From the sequence record DRR378314_483: a DNA stretch of 33,954 bases. One strand, written 5' to 3'. Positions 10,650 through 19,983 of this stretch are shown piece by piece. A program made the position numbers and the translations under genes. Position 1 is the first letter of the stretch. Every line of letters starts with the position of its first letter. The notes below the pieces were generated by a model that was not told where the DNA came from, did not search any database, and saw only the letters and a list, made by a program, of their open reading frames with translations.

Positions 10650-11078
10650 ATGAGTTACACACAAAAAACACGGTTATTAGAAGCAGTGATTACGCTAGTT
10701 TTGCTGTTTAATTATTTACAAGGCGTGCTATCGATGACCCCTGAGGCACAAATGAATCCAACACTTGCCAGTGGCTTACTAATTGAGTTGGCGATTCAGA
10801 CGGTCGTGATGCTGGTAATTATGCATAGTATTTTAGCTGCGTTTAACACAAAATACGCTAACCAGCCTAGAGATGAACGTGAGCAAGCAATTGCCTTGAA
10901 AGCTAAAAGTGTGAGCTTATTTATTTTACAGCTGGGTGTTGTTAATGCTGTTTTTGCCCTACTAGTTGACTCAGTTTACCCAATACCAATGAGCCCAGTA
11001 CATCAGTTAGTTATTGCTGCTTTATTGGGTGAGGTGATTGGCGCTGCAGTTGAAGCATGGTTACTGCACAGAGGTTAA
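10650..11078 (+). CDS. Hypothetical 4-TM membrane protein with a DERE loop (DUF2178-like)
   Basis: Four hydrophobic segments, RDEREQAI loop, AGGAG SD; directly upstream of a small XRE gene. Confidence 0.65.
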   Translation: MSYTQKTRLLEAVITLVLLFNYLQGVLSMTPEAQMNPTLASGLLIELAIQTVVMLVIMHSILAAFNTKYANQPRDEREQAIALKAKSVSLFILQLGVVNAVFALLVDSVYPIPMSPVHQLVIAALLGEVIGAAVEAWLLHRG

Positions 11079-11079
11079 A

Positions 11080-11292
11080 ATGGCAAAATTAGCAATCACA
11101 AATACAATTAGAACCCAACGATTTCACCATAATGAGATGACTCAGCAGCAGTTGGCTGACCTCGTAGGCGTAACGCGCCAGACTATTGCGGCAATAGAAG
11201 CGGCTAGGTATTCTCCATCATTGGAAGTGGCATTTAAAATTGCAGCGGTATTTGGTCAACCACTGGAAAATATATTTCAATACGAGGCATAA
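11080..11292 (+). CDS. XRE/Cro-CI family HTH transcriptional regulator
   Basis: MTQQQLADLVGVTRQTIAAIE and YSPSLEVAFKIA; start at ATG 11080 after GAGG. Confidence 0.9.
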   Translation: MAKLAITNTIRTQRFHHNEMTQQQLADLVGVTRQTIAAIEAARYSPSLEVAFKIAAVFGQPLENIFQYEA

Positions 11293-11512
11293 AAGTTTAC
11301 TATTTTATTAATGATTCATTATTAGTAAATGCATAGACTGTTTACTCTAATCTGCAATGAATTGGATTTCATGTATACATATAAGGTACTGCCCGGGCGT
11401 GAGTTGGCAGTACCGAACCCGAAAAAGTATTTTTCTCTTTTATTAAATATTTATTTATTTCAGATAATTACGATTAAATATAAAAGATATATGAATTTTT
11501 ATAAAAAATGTA

Positions 11513-11528
11513 ATGACAACGCTGTCAT
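11513..11528. promoter_or_regulatory. LacI-type (NagR-like) operator upstream of nagK
   Basis: ATGACAACGCTGTCAT near-palindrome with central CG; its exact reverse complement recurs upstream of nagB. Confidence 0.8.
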
Positions 11529-11632
11529 TTGTTGTGTAACATTAATTCAACATGGGTTGAGGGTAAATCGCATTCGTATAATAAAAAAAGTGCGATTAAT
11601 ACAAATATAAAACGAAGGGTAGAGGTCGTTAG

Positions 11633-12547
11633 ATGATGTCTAAAAGTGCGAATGAGGACCAATTGTTTATTGGTATCGATGGTGGCGGAACAAAGTGCCG
11701 TGCAACTATATACTCAGCTAAAAACGGTGTATTAGGAACTGGTCTTGGTGGCCCCGCGAATCCACTACATGGTTTAGAACGCACGTTAGAGTCAATTATG
11801 GTGTCAACTCAACTTGCAATGCGCGACGCAGGTCTTCCGCTAGAAAGTATTCACCAAATTTATGCTGGCTTAGGGTTAGCTGGTGTTAATCTTCCATCCT
11901 TATACGAAAAAATTAACGAGTGGGAACATCCTTTCAAACAAATGTTCTTAACAACAGATTTGCATACGGCATGTATTGGCGCACATGATGGAGATGACGG
12001 TGCTGTAATAATCACTGGTACCGGTTCTTGTGGTTTTTCCCATGTTAATGGTGAGTCTGTTAATTATGGCGGTCATGGGTTTGCTTTGGGTGATAAGGGC
12101 AGTGGTGCGTGGATGGGACTCGAAGCAGTCAAAGCTGTATTGGTTGATTTAGACGGCTTAGGTTCGAAAACCGCGTTAACTAATGTTGTAAAAGATCACT
12201 TTAATACTGCTTGTGCTATGGGCATTGCCGAGCAAATGGCTGGGCAACCTTCAAGTAGTTTTGCAAAACTGGCACGATACGTTTTTGATGCCGCAAGAAA
12301 AAATGATGAAATTGCACTTAATATTGTCAAAGAGGGTGCTGACTATATTAGTTCATTGGCTAAACGTTTACTTGAAAACAATCCCCCAAGATTATCAATG
12401 ATTGGTGGCCTTGCTGAACCTCTAAATGAATGGCTAGACCCCGCGGTTGCGAAGCTTGTTGAGGCACCTATTCAACCTCCTGAAATGGGGGCAATCTATT
12501 TTGCTCAGCAGGCTGTTTTAGAGCAAAATCAAAAGGTAGGTGTGTAA
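11633..12547 (+). CDS. nagK: N-acetylglucosamine kinase (BadF/BadG/BcrA/BcrD ATPase family, Shewanella-type)
   Basis: IGIDGGGTKC, ITGTGS, GHGFxLGDxGSGAW; coupled to nagA. Confidence 0.88.
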   Translation: MMSKSANEDQLFIGIDGGGTKCRATIYSAKNGVLGTGLGGPANPLHGLERTLESIMVSTQLAMRDAGLPLESIHQIYAGLGLAGVNLPSLYEKINEWEHPFKQMFLTTDLHTACIGAHDGDDGAVIITGTGSCGFSHVNGESVNYGGHGFALGDKGSGAWMGLEAVKAVLVDLDGLGSKTALTNVVKDHFNTACAMGIAEQMAGQPSSSFAKLARYVFDAARKNDEIALNIVKEGADYISSLAKRLLENNPPRLSMIGGLAEPLNEWLDPAVAKLVEAPIQPPEMGAIYFAQQAVLEQNQKVGV

Positions 12548-13665
12548 TGAAAACATTTTATCATGCAGAGTGTTTATTTACGGGTGAAAATTTTATTGAT
12601 GATGCGCTTTTTAGTGTTGAGCAAGGTGTATTTCGATTAGAAGATGCAGTTAGCACCGAGGCTATTGAACTAGAAGGTTTAGTTGCGCCAGGTTTTATTG
12701 ATGTGCAAGTCAATGGCGGCGGAGGAGCTTTTTTTAATGCTGACCAAACACCAGATTGTTTAGATAAAATAGCCAAAGCCCACGGCCAATTTGGTAGTAC
12801 CGCCTTAATGCCAACACTTATTACTGATAAAGTTGAAATAATGCAAGCGGCAGCGGATGCAACAGCTAAAGCGATTAGCGAAGGTGTCCCAGGTGTCTTG
12901 GGAATTCATTTTGAAGGTCCACATTTGTCTTTTCCTAAAAAAGGCACGCACAGTGAGCAGTTTATTCGCCCAATCAGCGAACAAGAGTTTGCAATTTATG
13001 CTCGACAAGACCTAGGTATTAAAATGGTGACGCTAGCACCTGAAAATGTCAGCATTGCTGATATTGAGCGTTTGGTTGAATGCGGTGTAAAAGTATCTAT
13101 AGGTCATACCAACGCTGACTATGCTACTACCATGGCTGCATTAAATGCAGGGGCTGATGGATTTACTCACTTGTATAACGCAATGTCTGCATTTACGTCT
13201 CGTGAACCTGGTGTTGTTGGTGCTGCGCTTTGGCATGACAACAGCTGGTGTGGATTAATTGTTGACGGTCACCACGTTCACCCATTATCAGCTCAGCTTG
13301 CAATTAGAACAAAGCAGCGCGGAAAAATAATGTTAGTTACCGATGCAATGCCGCCTGTAGGTACTGACGATATGGAATTTGACTTTTTTGATGGCCGAAA
13401 AGTCATCAGAACAGGCGATAGATTGAATTCGAGTACAGGCGAACTTGCTGGCAGTGTACTTGATATGGCAAGTGCTGTAAGAAACACTGTTAATTCTTTA
13501 GATGTTAGTCTCGCTGAAAGTTTAAGGATGGCGTCTCTTTATCCCGCACAGTACCTAGCCCTTAAGAAAAAAGGACGCTTACTTGATGGTTTTGATGCAG
13601 ACTTTGTAGTGCTTGATGAGCACCAATATGTCAAAGCCACTTATATTGCTGGTAAAGCAATTTAA
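12547..13665 (+). CDS. nagA: N-acetylglucosamine-6-phosphate deacetylase
   Basis: PGFIDVQVNG, HFEGP, THLYNAM, DGHHVH, LVTDAM, LAGS. Confidence 0.96.
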   Translation: MKTFYHAECLFTGENFIDDALFSVEQGVFRLEDAVSTEAIELEGLVAPGFIDVQVNGGGGAFFNADQTPDCLDKIAKAHGQFGSTALMPTLITDKVEIMQAAADATAKAISEGVPGVLGIHFEGPHLSFPKKGTHSEQFIRPISEQEFAIYARQDLGIKMVTLAPENVSIADIERLVECGVKVSIGHTNADYATTMAALNAGADGFTHLYNAMSAFTSREPGVVGAALWHDNSWCGLIVDGHHVHPLSAQLAIRTKQRGKIMLVTDAMPPVGTDDMEFDFFDGRKVIRTGDRLNSSTGELAGSVLDMASAVRNTVNSLDVSLAESLRMASLYPAQYLALKKKGRLLDGFDADFVVLDEHQYVKATYIAGKAI

Positions 13666-13677
13666 CATTTCCCTGGA

Positions 13678-13715
13678 AAAAACCCCGCCGTTGTATCGCG
13701 GGGATTTTTTGTTTT
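13678..13715 (+). terminator. Terminator-like hairpin between nagA and nagX
   Basis: CCCCGC-N9-GCGGGG followed by ATTTTTTGTTTT. Confidence 0.6.
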
Positions 13716-13730
13716 AAAAGTAGGTAAATT

Positions 13731-14870
13731 ATGACAACACAAACACCAACAAAACCAGCCAAAAAGCGTTTAGCATCATTGGATGCACTTCGTGGTATGG
13801 ACATGTTTTGGATTTTAGGCGGGCAATCTATTTTCGCCGCTTTATTTGTGCTTACTGGCTGGACTGGCTGGAAAGTATTTGAGGCCCATACATTACACAG
13901 TACGTGGCATGGTTTTACATTTTACGATTTGATTTTTCCGTTATTTATCTTTTTGTCAGGTGTCGCTATGGGTCTTGCACCAAAGCGGATTGATCATTTG
14001 CCATGGAGCGAACGAAAGGTCTTTTACAGAAAAGCGATTAAACGGTTATTTTTACTTTGTGCATTAGGTGTCATGTACAACCACGGGTGGGGTACTGGTA
14101 TTCCTTTGGCACTGGATGAAATTCGCTATGCAAGTGTACTGGGACGAATTGCAATCGCTTGGTTCTTTTGTGCAATGTTGGTCTGGCATACTAGCTTACG
14201 TACGCAGGCATATACTGCTGCAGGTCTATTGCTAGGTTACTGGGTTCTAATGAGCTTTATTCCAGTTCCTGGTGGCAGTGCGGGTGATTTAAGCGCAGCA
14301 GGTAGCTGGAATGCATGGTTTGATAAGTACTTACTACCGGGCATCAGCTATCAAAATAGAGCGGTAGACCCAGAAGGCGTGCTTTCAAGTATTCCAGCTA
14401 TTGTTAATGCAATGATAGGGGTGTTTGCTGGACAGCTTATTGCTAAAGCGAGCAAGCTAGGTGAGTGGAAAGTAGCGGGTATTTTATTTGCCAGTGGTGT
14501 TTTGAGTGTGTGCCTTGGCTGGCTTTGGGATTTACAGTTTCCGGTTAATAAAGAGCTTTGGACGAGTTCATTTGTTTTAGTCACTGTGGGCTGGAGTGCT
14601 ATTTTACTCGCTATTTTTTATGCCTTGGTTGATATTTTAAATGGACAAAAACTAGCTTACCCATTCGTTATAATTGGCGCAAACTCCATTATCATTTATC
14701 TAGCGTCTAGCTTGGTGAACTGGGAATATATTAGTTTGAGCGTATTTGGCGGCTTCATTGCTGCAGTGAGCTCTAACTGGCAGCCACTACTTGCAGTAGT
14801 GGCGTTACTACTGGTTCAAATGCTTGTATTACATTGGATGTATAAACGAAAAATCTTTGTCAGCGTATAA
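13731..14870 (+). CDS. nagX: NagX, HGSNAT-like membrane acyltransferase family
   Basis: RLASLDALRG, WHGFTFYDLIFPLFIFLSG, DPEG and PVNKELWTSS; located in the nag cluster. Confidence 0.8.
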   Translation: MTTQTPTKPAKKRLASLDALRGMDMFWILGGQSIFAALFVLTGWTGWKVFEAHTLHSTWHGFTFYDLIFPLFIFLSGVAMGLAPKRIDHLPWSERKVFYRKAIKRLFLLCALGVMYNHGWGTGIPLALDEIRYASVLGRIAIAWFFCAMLVWHTSLRTQAYTAAGLLLGYWVLMSFIPVPGGSAGDLSAAGSWNAWFDKYLLPGISYQNRAVDPEGVLSSIPAIVNAMIGVFAGQLIAKASKLGEWKVAGILFASGVLSVCLGWLWDLQFPVNKELWTSSFVLVTVGWSAILLAIFYALVDILNGQKLAYPFVIIGANSIIIYLASSLVNWEYISLSVFGGFIAAVSSNWQPLLAVVALLLVQMLVLHWMYKRKIFVSV

Positions 14871-14945
14871 CGTTTTATAGCTGGGAACAAAAAATGTAAT
14901 TTTTTTATTCACTTTTACTTTACAAAACGCAGCTAAATGGTAATA

Positions 14946-14961
14946 ATGACAGCGTTGTCAT
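14946..14961. promoter_or_regulatory. LacI-type (NagR-like) operator upstream of nagB
   Basis: ATGACAGCGTTGTCAT; overlaps a predicted -10/+1 (TTTACA at 14919-14924, N17, AATAAT). Confidence 0.8.
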
Positions 14962-15054
14962 AATGGTATTGACCTAGACTGATGTATCCCAGTTAGGTTT
15001 GATCTAAGGCCCAATTCGATTGCACGTGGAGTTGGGTTTTAGATCCCATTTTTT
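14962..15054 (+). ncRNA. Candidate structured leader RNA of nagB (three-way junction)
   Basis: Outer stem AATGG/CCATT, a 10-bp hairpin at 14971-14999, a 17-bp hairpin at 15001-15045 with three G.U pairs, then a T run. Confidence 0.45.
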
Positions 15055-15084
15055 CATCAACTAATTAAACTGAGCAAACTAAAT

Positions 15085-15879
15085 ATGCAAATAGTCATTT
15101 TAAATGATGCGGCAGCCGTAGCAGCGTATGGCGCAAATATCTTCGCAAAACAATTAGAAAAAAAGCCTACGTCAGTGCTCGGTTTAGCGACGGGTTCAAC
15201 GCCTGTTGCTTTATACCAAGAATTAATCAATAAGAATAAAGCTGGAGAAATTTCATTTTCTCGTGCTACGACCTTTAACCTTGATGAATACTTAGGGCTC
15301 ACTGGCGAGCATCCTCAAAGCTATCGTTACTTCATGAATGAGCAACTGTTTAATCATGTTGATATCAATAAAGATAATACCTTTGTGCCTCCCGGCGATG
15401 CCCAAAACCCAATTGAGGCATGTCATGAGTATGAAACAAAGATTTGCGATGCTGGTGGTGTTGACGTACAGCTGCTAGGTATTGGGCGTAATGGCCATAT
15501 TGGGTTTAATGAGCCATCGTCTGGCTTAACATCCCGTACTCGTGTTAAAACACTAACTAAGGCCACGATTGAAGACAATGCACGCTTTTTTAAAGCCGAT
15601 GAATATCAACCTCATTTATCTATTACTATGGGCATTGGCACAATTTTAGAAGCGAAAAAAGTGGTGTTATTGGCTACAGGTGAAAATAAAGCCGATGCGG
15701 TACATGCTATGGTAGAAGGCCCTTTAATGGCTAAATGTCCAGCATCAGCACTGCAGCTTCATCGGGATGCAGTGATAGTTATCGATAAAGCAGCGGCAAG
15801 TAAATTAGACGATTTAGAATTCTATCAGCATATTGAAGCTGAAAATCAAAAATTACAGACTAAACTAGCTACCCTGTAA
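15085..15879 (+). CDS. nagB: Glucosamine-6-phosphate deaminase (NagB type I)
   Basis: [34 protein letters not shown]. Confidence 0.96.
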   Translation: MQIVILNDAAAVAAYGANIFAKQLEKKPTSVLGLATGSTPVALYQELINKNKAGEISFSRATTFNLDEYLGLTGEHPQSYRYFMNEQLFNHVDINKDNTFVPPGDAQNPIEACHEYETKICDAGGVDVQLLGIGRNGHIGFNEPSSGLTSRTRVKTLTKATIEDNARFFKADEYQPHLSITMGIGTILEAKKVVLLATGENKADAVHAMVEGPLMAKCPASALQLHRDAVIVIDKAAASKLDDLEFYQHIEAENQKLQTKLATL

Positions 15880-15904
15880 TTAGAACAAAATTTATTGTGT
15901 GTTC

Positions 15905-15930
15905 AAAAAAGCCCTATGGGCTTTTTTTTT
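15905..15930 (+). terminator. Intrinsic terminator after nagB
   Basis: AAAAAAGCCC-TAT-GGGC followed by a long T run. Confidence 0.8.
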
Positions 15931-16012
15931 GCCTATTTTTTGTCGATTTATCAATTGGGTTTAATGTGTTGATATGTTAATTTTAGCCATCTAAACATCA
16001 AAAAGGGCGAGT

Positions 16013-16936
16013 ATGCTAAATTACAGCGATATGGCACTAGACCGAGCATCAAATTTGCGAAAGGACCCAGTATGGTTATCAGCGCAGAATAATAATCAAG
16101 CGCGATGGTTATTGGTGCATAACAACCGTACCTTGTTTGACCAAAATAGCGTAACCGTTACTTTTTTATCAGCACAAAGTGTCAATCACCTTGATTTAAA
16201 CAAAGGTATTTTCTTAGGACTTGATAAACAAAATATTAGTTATTTCGCGTTAGATGTTAGCGAGCTAGATGAAGCACATTTATTAAATATAACTGAAGGC
16301 GCTGAGTTTGTAGATATTCGCCGTTATGGTGCCCAAGTTGACTTACAGTGTGGCTCGATGGCAGCACTAGCGCGGGGGCTATGCTATTGGCACGCGACCC
16401 ATAAATTTTGTGGGAGATGTGGTTCAAGTAATAAGTTAATTGAAGCGGGGCACTCCCGCTTATGCACAAACCCAGAGTGTAAACATCAAACGTTCCCGCG
16501 AACAGATCCGGCGGTGATCATGGTAGTAACACGCACATTTTCAGATGGTATTGAGCGCTGTTTGTTAGGTCGTCAAGCTACTTGGGCGCCTGGCATGTTT
16601 TCATCTTTAGCTGGTTTTGTAGATCCCGGTGAAACATTAGAGCAAGCAGTTGCACGTGAGGTAATGGAAGAGGCCGGCATTGTTGTTAGCAATGTACATT
16701 ATATAGCCTCTCAACCATGGCCATTTCCGTCATCAATTATGCTGGGTTTCATAGCCGAGGCAGAAACAGAACATATTCAAGTTGATAAAGATGAGCTAGA
16801 GGATGCAAAGTGGTTCAGTCGCGAAGAAATAAGGCAATTTGGTAACTGGCATGAAGAAGGTGAGCACTTAAAGTTACCTCGAACAGATTCTATTTCTCGC
16901 TACTTAATAAACCATTGGCTTGAGCAAAAAGATTAA
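16013..16936 (+). CDS. nudC: NAD(H) diphosphatase NudC
   Basis: FCGRCG zinc site, FPRTDPAVI, Nudix box GFVDPGETLEQAVAREVMEEAG, SQPWPFP. Confidence 0.95.
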   Translation: MLNYSDMALDRASNLRKDPVWLSAQNNNQARWLLVHNNRTLFDQNSVTVTFLSAQSVNHLDLNKGIFLGLDKQNISYFALDVSELDEAHLLNITEGAEFVDIRRYGAQVDLQCGSMAALARGLCYWHATHKFCGRCGSSNKLIEAGHSRLCTNPECKHQTFPRTDPAVIMVVTRTFSDGIERCLLGRQATWAPGMFSSLAGFVDPGETLEQAVAREVMEEAGIVVSNVHYIASQPWPFPSSIMLGFIAEAETEHIQVDKDELEDAKWFSREEIRQFGNWHEEGEHLKLPRTDSISRYLINHWLEQKD

Positions 16937-16951
16937 ATCTAAGGATTCGTA

Positions 16952-18133
16952 ATGACTAGAAAAACCAACGTAAACACACAATTAGTCAGTAGTGGTAGAA
17001 AAAAAGCTTATACGCATGGTGTTGTAAATCCTGTAGTGCAACGTGCATCTACCGTTGTGTTTGATTCAGTTGAAGAATTACAAAATGCGGCAAAGAAACG
17101 CGGCGATAAAACGCTTTTTTATGGACGTCGGGGCACCACAACGCATTTTGCACTTCAAGAGGCAATCACTGAACTCGAAGGAGGCGAAGGATGCGCGCTT
17201 TACCCATGCGGTGCGGCTGCTATTAGTAGTACATTACTTGCGTTTTTAAAAGCGGGTGATCATATTTTAATGGTCGATACTGCTTATGAACCAACGCGCG
17301 ACTTTTGCGATAAAATATTAACTGGTTTTGGTGTTGAAACAACTTATTACCCTGCGACTATCGGCGCAGGTATTAAATCATTAATTAAAGACAATACAAA
17401 AGTGCTTTTTTTAGAGTCGCCGGGCTCTATTACCATGGAAATTCAGGACGTGCCTGCAATGGTTGCTGTTGCAAATGAGTGCGGTGTAATGACCATTCTT
17501 GATAATACTTATGGTAACGGCTTACATTACCGCCCATTAGAACATGGCGTTGATATTAGTATCCAAGCTGCAACTAAATACATTGTGGGTCATTCAGATG
17601 TCATGATGGGCGTAGCGGTTGCGAACAAAAAGTATTGGTATACGTTACGAGAACAATCATATTTATTGGGTCAGTGCACCTCCGCCGATGACGCTTATTT
17701 AGCACTACGTGGTCTCAGAACGATGGCTGTTCGTTTAAATCAACATGAAAAAGCAGCTATTGAGGTCGCAAAATGGTTAGAGCAACACCATTTAGTGGAT
17801 CATATCCGCCACCCAGCCTTTGAAACGTGCCCAGGGCATGCCTTCTTTAAACGTGATTTTGATGGTAGCAATGGTTTATTTTCTTTTGTAATGAAAGAAG
17901 GTAATCAGCGCGCAATCAATGCTTTTTTAGATAGCTTAGATCATTTCAAAATGGGATTCTCATGGGGCGGATTTGAAAGTTTAGTAACAGCTAACTTAAC
18001 AATGAAAAGCCTGCGCACGGCATCTGGATGGGATAAAGGGCCCGTTATTCGCTTACATATAGGCCTTGAAGATGTTGAAGATTTAATTGCGGACTTAGCT
18101 AGAGCACTTGATGTCTATCAACAACATCTTTAA
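16952..18133 (+). CDS. metC: Cystathionine beta-lyase
   Basis: VNPVVQRAST, YGRRGT, ESPGS, QAATKYIVGHSD (PLP lysine), FSWGGFES. Confidence 0.93.
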   Translation: MTRKTNVNTQLVSSGRKKAYTHGVVNPVVQRASTVVFDSVEELQNAAKKRGDKTLFYGRRGTTTHFALQEAITELEGGEGCALYPCGAAAISSTLLAFLKAGDHILMVDTAYEPTRDFCDKILTGFGVETTYYPATIGAGIKSLIKDNTKVLFLESPGSITMEIQDVPAMVAVANECGVMTILDNTYGNGLHYRPLEHGVDISIQAATKYIVGHSDVMMGVAVANKKYWYTLREQSYLLGQCTSADDAYLALRGLRTMAVRLNQHEKAAIEVAKWLEQHHLVDHIRHPAFETCPGHAFFKRDFDGSNGLFSFVMKEGNQRAINAFLDSLDHFKMGFSWGGFESLVTANLTMKSLRTASGWDKGPVIRLHIGLEDVEDLIADLARALDVYQQHL

Positions 18134-18167
18134 ATGTAAGTATGTTACATTTTAATTTATTGTTACA

Positions 18168-18194
18168 AAGCTCACTTAAAGTGGGCTTTTTTTT
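18168..18194 (+). terminator. Intrinsic terminator after metC
   Basis: AAGCTCAC-TTAAA-GTGGGCTT followed by a T run. Confidence 0.8.
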
Positions 18195-18256
18195 GCTAGT
18201 AATTCAACACGTTTGCACTTAATGTGGGTGTATTGAGATCTTAAAAAGGAAAACTT

Positions 18257-19075
18257 GTGACACAATTACATCCTCAGCGATTAATGAAAATTGCACAGTT
18301 TGAACTTGTTCGATTATTTTTGACAAAGCGTGGCTTATTAGCCGTGGCAGCGTTTACTATATGTTGGCTATTAATTTTACGTTACCCCGTTGGGCAAGCG
18401 GTGACCATTGTCAGCTCGCCTGAACTCGCTGAACTTGCTAAGCAAGTATTTGGAGCTATTGGGCTAAGTAAATTACTCCAATGGCCTGAAGCGGAACTGG
18501 CTATGTATTGGTTAATCGCTTTATATAGTTTTCCGTTATTTTGTTTATTTTTATGTAGTGACCAAATTGTTGGAGATAAACATCGTGGAACATTACGATT
18601 CTTAACGCTAAGAGCAACCCGCTCCGAAATATTATTGGGTCGTTTTATCGGGCAAGTGCTTATTTTAGCTGCACTCTTAGCAGTCACATTGTTTGCAACA
18701 TTGGCTGTCATGGCGTTTCGTGATGTTGCCTTGCTTGGTGGCGGGATAAACCGTGGTGCAATCATATTTTTTTATTTGCTAATTACAGTTATGCCATTTG
18801 TAGCTTTGATGACTCTAATTAATACGTTCGCAAGCTCAGCGCGGTTAGCGATTGTATTAGCCGTGCTGTTTTTTGCTGTAGGTAACATTATGGTGGGAAT
18901 TCTAACATGGCAAGTGCCTATGTTTGCTTTGCTTGATTATATATTCCCAGGGGTTCAAATAAACCAAGTCGCGGGTCAGAATTCGACTTTGTTTAGTAGC
19001 TTAGGTATTCCCGTTATACATAGTGTTGTGCTGTTGTTTATCGCTCAACGTATTTTTGTTAGGAGTTCACTATGA
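18257..19075 (+). CDS. ABC-2 type exporter permease
   Basis: About six TM segments, RGTLRFL and RSEILLGRF loop; GTG start after AAGGA; ATGA overlap with the ATPase gene. Confidence 0.8.
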   Translation: MTQLHPQRLMKIAQFELVRLFLTKRGLLAVAAFTICWLLILRYPVGQAVTIVSSPELAELAKQVFGAIGLSKLLQWPEAELAMYWLIALYSFPLFCLFLCSDQIVGDKHRGTLRFLTLRATRSEILLGRFIGQVLILAALLAVTLFATLAVMAFRDVALLGGGINRGAIIFFYLLITVMPFVALMTLINTFASSARLAIVLAVLFFAVGNIMVGILTWQVPMFALLDYIFPGVQINQVAGQNSTLFSSLGIPVIHSVVLLFIAQRIFVRSSL

Positions 19076-19983
19076 GCACATTGATACACGCGCAAGCGAT
19101 AACAAAGCGCTACGGCAGTAAACTCGCACTCGATGACGTTAGTTTCGAAATACAACAAGGTGCACCCGTTGCCTTAGTGGGTCCCAATGGAGCGGGGAAA
19201 ACAACATTATTTAGTTTGTTATGTGGCTATATTTTACCCTCACAAGGCCAATTAAGTATTCTGGGCAGCAAACCTGGCAGTAACGCATTATTCGGTAAGT
19301 TAAGTGCTTTACCGCAAGATGCTCAGCTAGACCCACGTTTTAGTATTGTGCATCAACTTAGCTTTTACGGACAACTACAAGGATTGTCTGCCGGTGCAAG
19401 TAAATCAGAAGCATTGCGAGTGCTTGATTTAGTTGGCTTGTCTGAAGTAGCTCACCAGCGTTCAGATGACTTGTCTCATGGCATGCGAAAGCGCGTAACC
19501 ATAGGCCAATCACTCATTGGTAAGCCACAAATAGTGATGCTAGATGAGGCAACCGCCGGGCTTGATCCAATTCATGCTCGAGAAGTTAGAGAGCTTGTAG
19601 CCAGCTTAAGTGATGAAGCGACCTTTATTCTCAGCTCCCATGATTTAACAGAGCTAGAGCGCTTATGTAACCATGTGTTACACCTCGACAAGGGTAAGCT
19701 GATAGAACATCAGGCAAAGCCGTCAGAGCTTCAAACAAAGCGCTTTATGACTATACTCTTTGCTGATAATTTGACAGACGTTGAACAAAGGTTACTTAGC
19801 TTACCGGGTGTGACCCGAGTCTATATGAGCCAAGCTAAAGAGTATGTGATTGAATACCAAAAATCTGATAAGCAAATTGATATCGAGTTACTTAACTTTT
19901 GTTATCAACAAGGTTGGCGCTACCGACAGTTGGTAAATGGTCATACCTTGGAAAACCAAATTTTTACACAGGAGAAAGCGTAA
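19072..19983 (+). CDS. ABC transporter ATP-binding protein
   Basis: GPNGAGKT, LSHGMRKR, LDEATAGLD, SSH. Confidence 0.93.
   Translation: MSTLIHAQAITKRYGSKLALDDVSFEIQQGAPVALVGPNGAGKTTLFSLLCGYILPSQGQLSILGSKPGSNALFGKLSALPQDAQLDPRFSIVHQLSFYGQLQGLSAGASKSEALRVLDLVGLSEVAHQRSDDLSHGMRKRVTIGQSLIGKPQIVMLDEATAGLDPIHAREVRELVASLSDEATFILSSHDLTELERLCNHVLHLDKGKLIEHQAKPSELQTKRFMTILFADNLTDVEQRLLSLPGVTRVYMSQAKEYVIEYQKSDKQIDIELLNFCYQQGWRYRQLVNGHTLENQIFTQEKA

Noticed and set aside
11329-11610. 93-aa ORF upstream of nagK
   Set aside because: AT-rich, no SD or family motif, and overlaps the operator/promoter region; probably spurious
19899-19982. N-terminal extension of the PH-domain ORF given in the ORF track
   Set aside because: Overlaps the ATPase gene; ATG at 19983 with an upstream AGGAG is the better start
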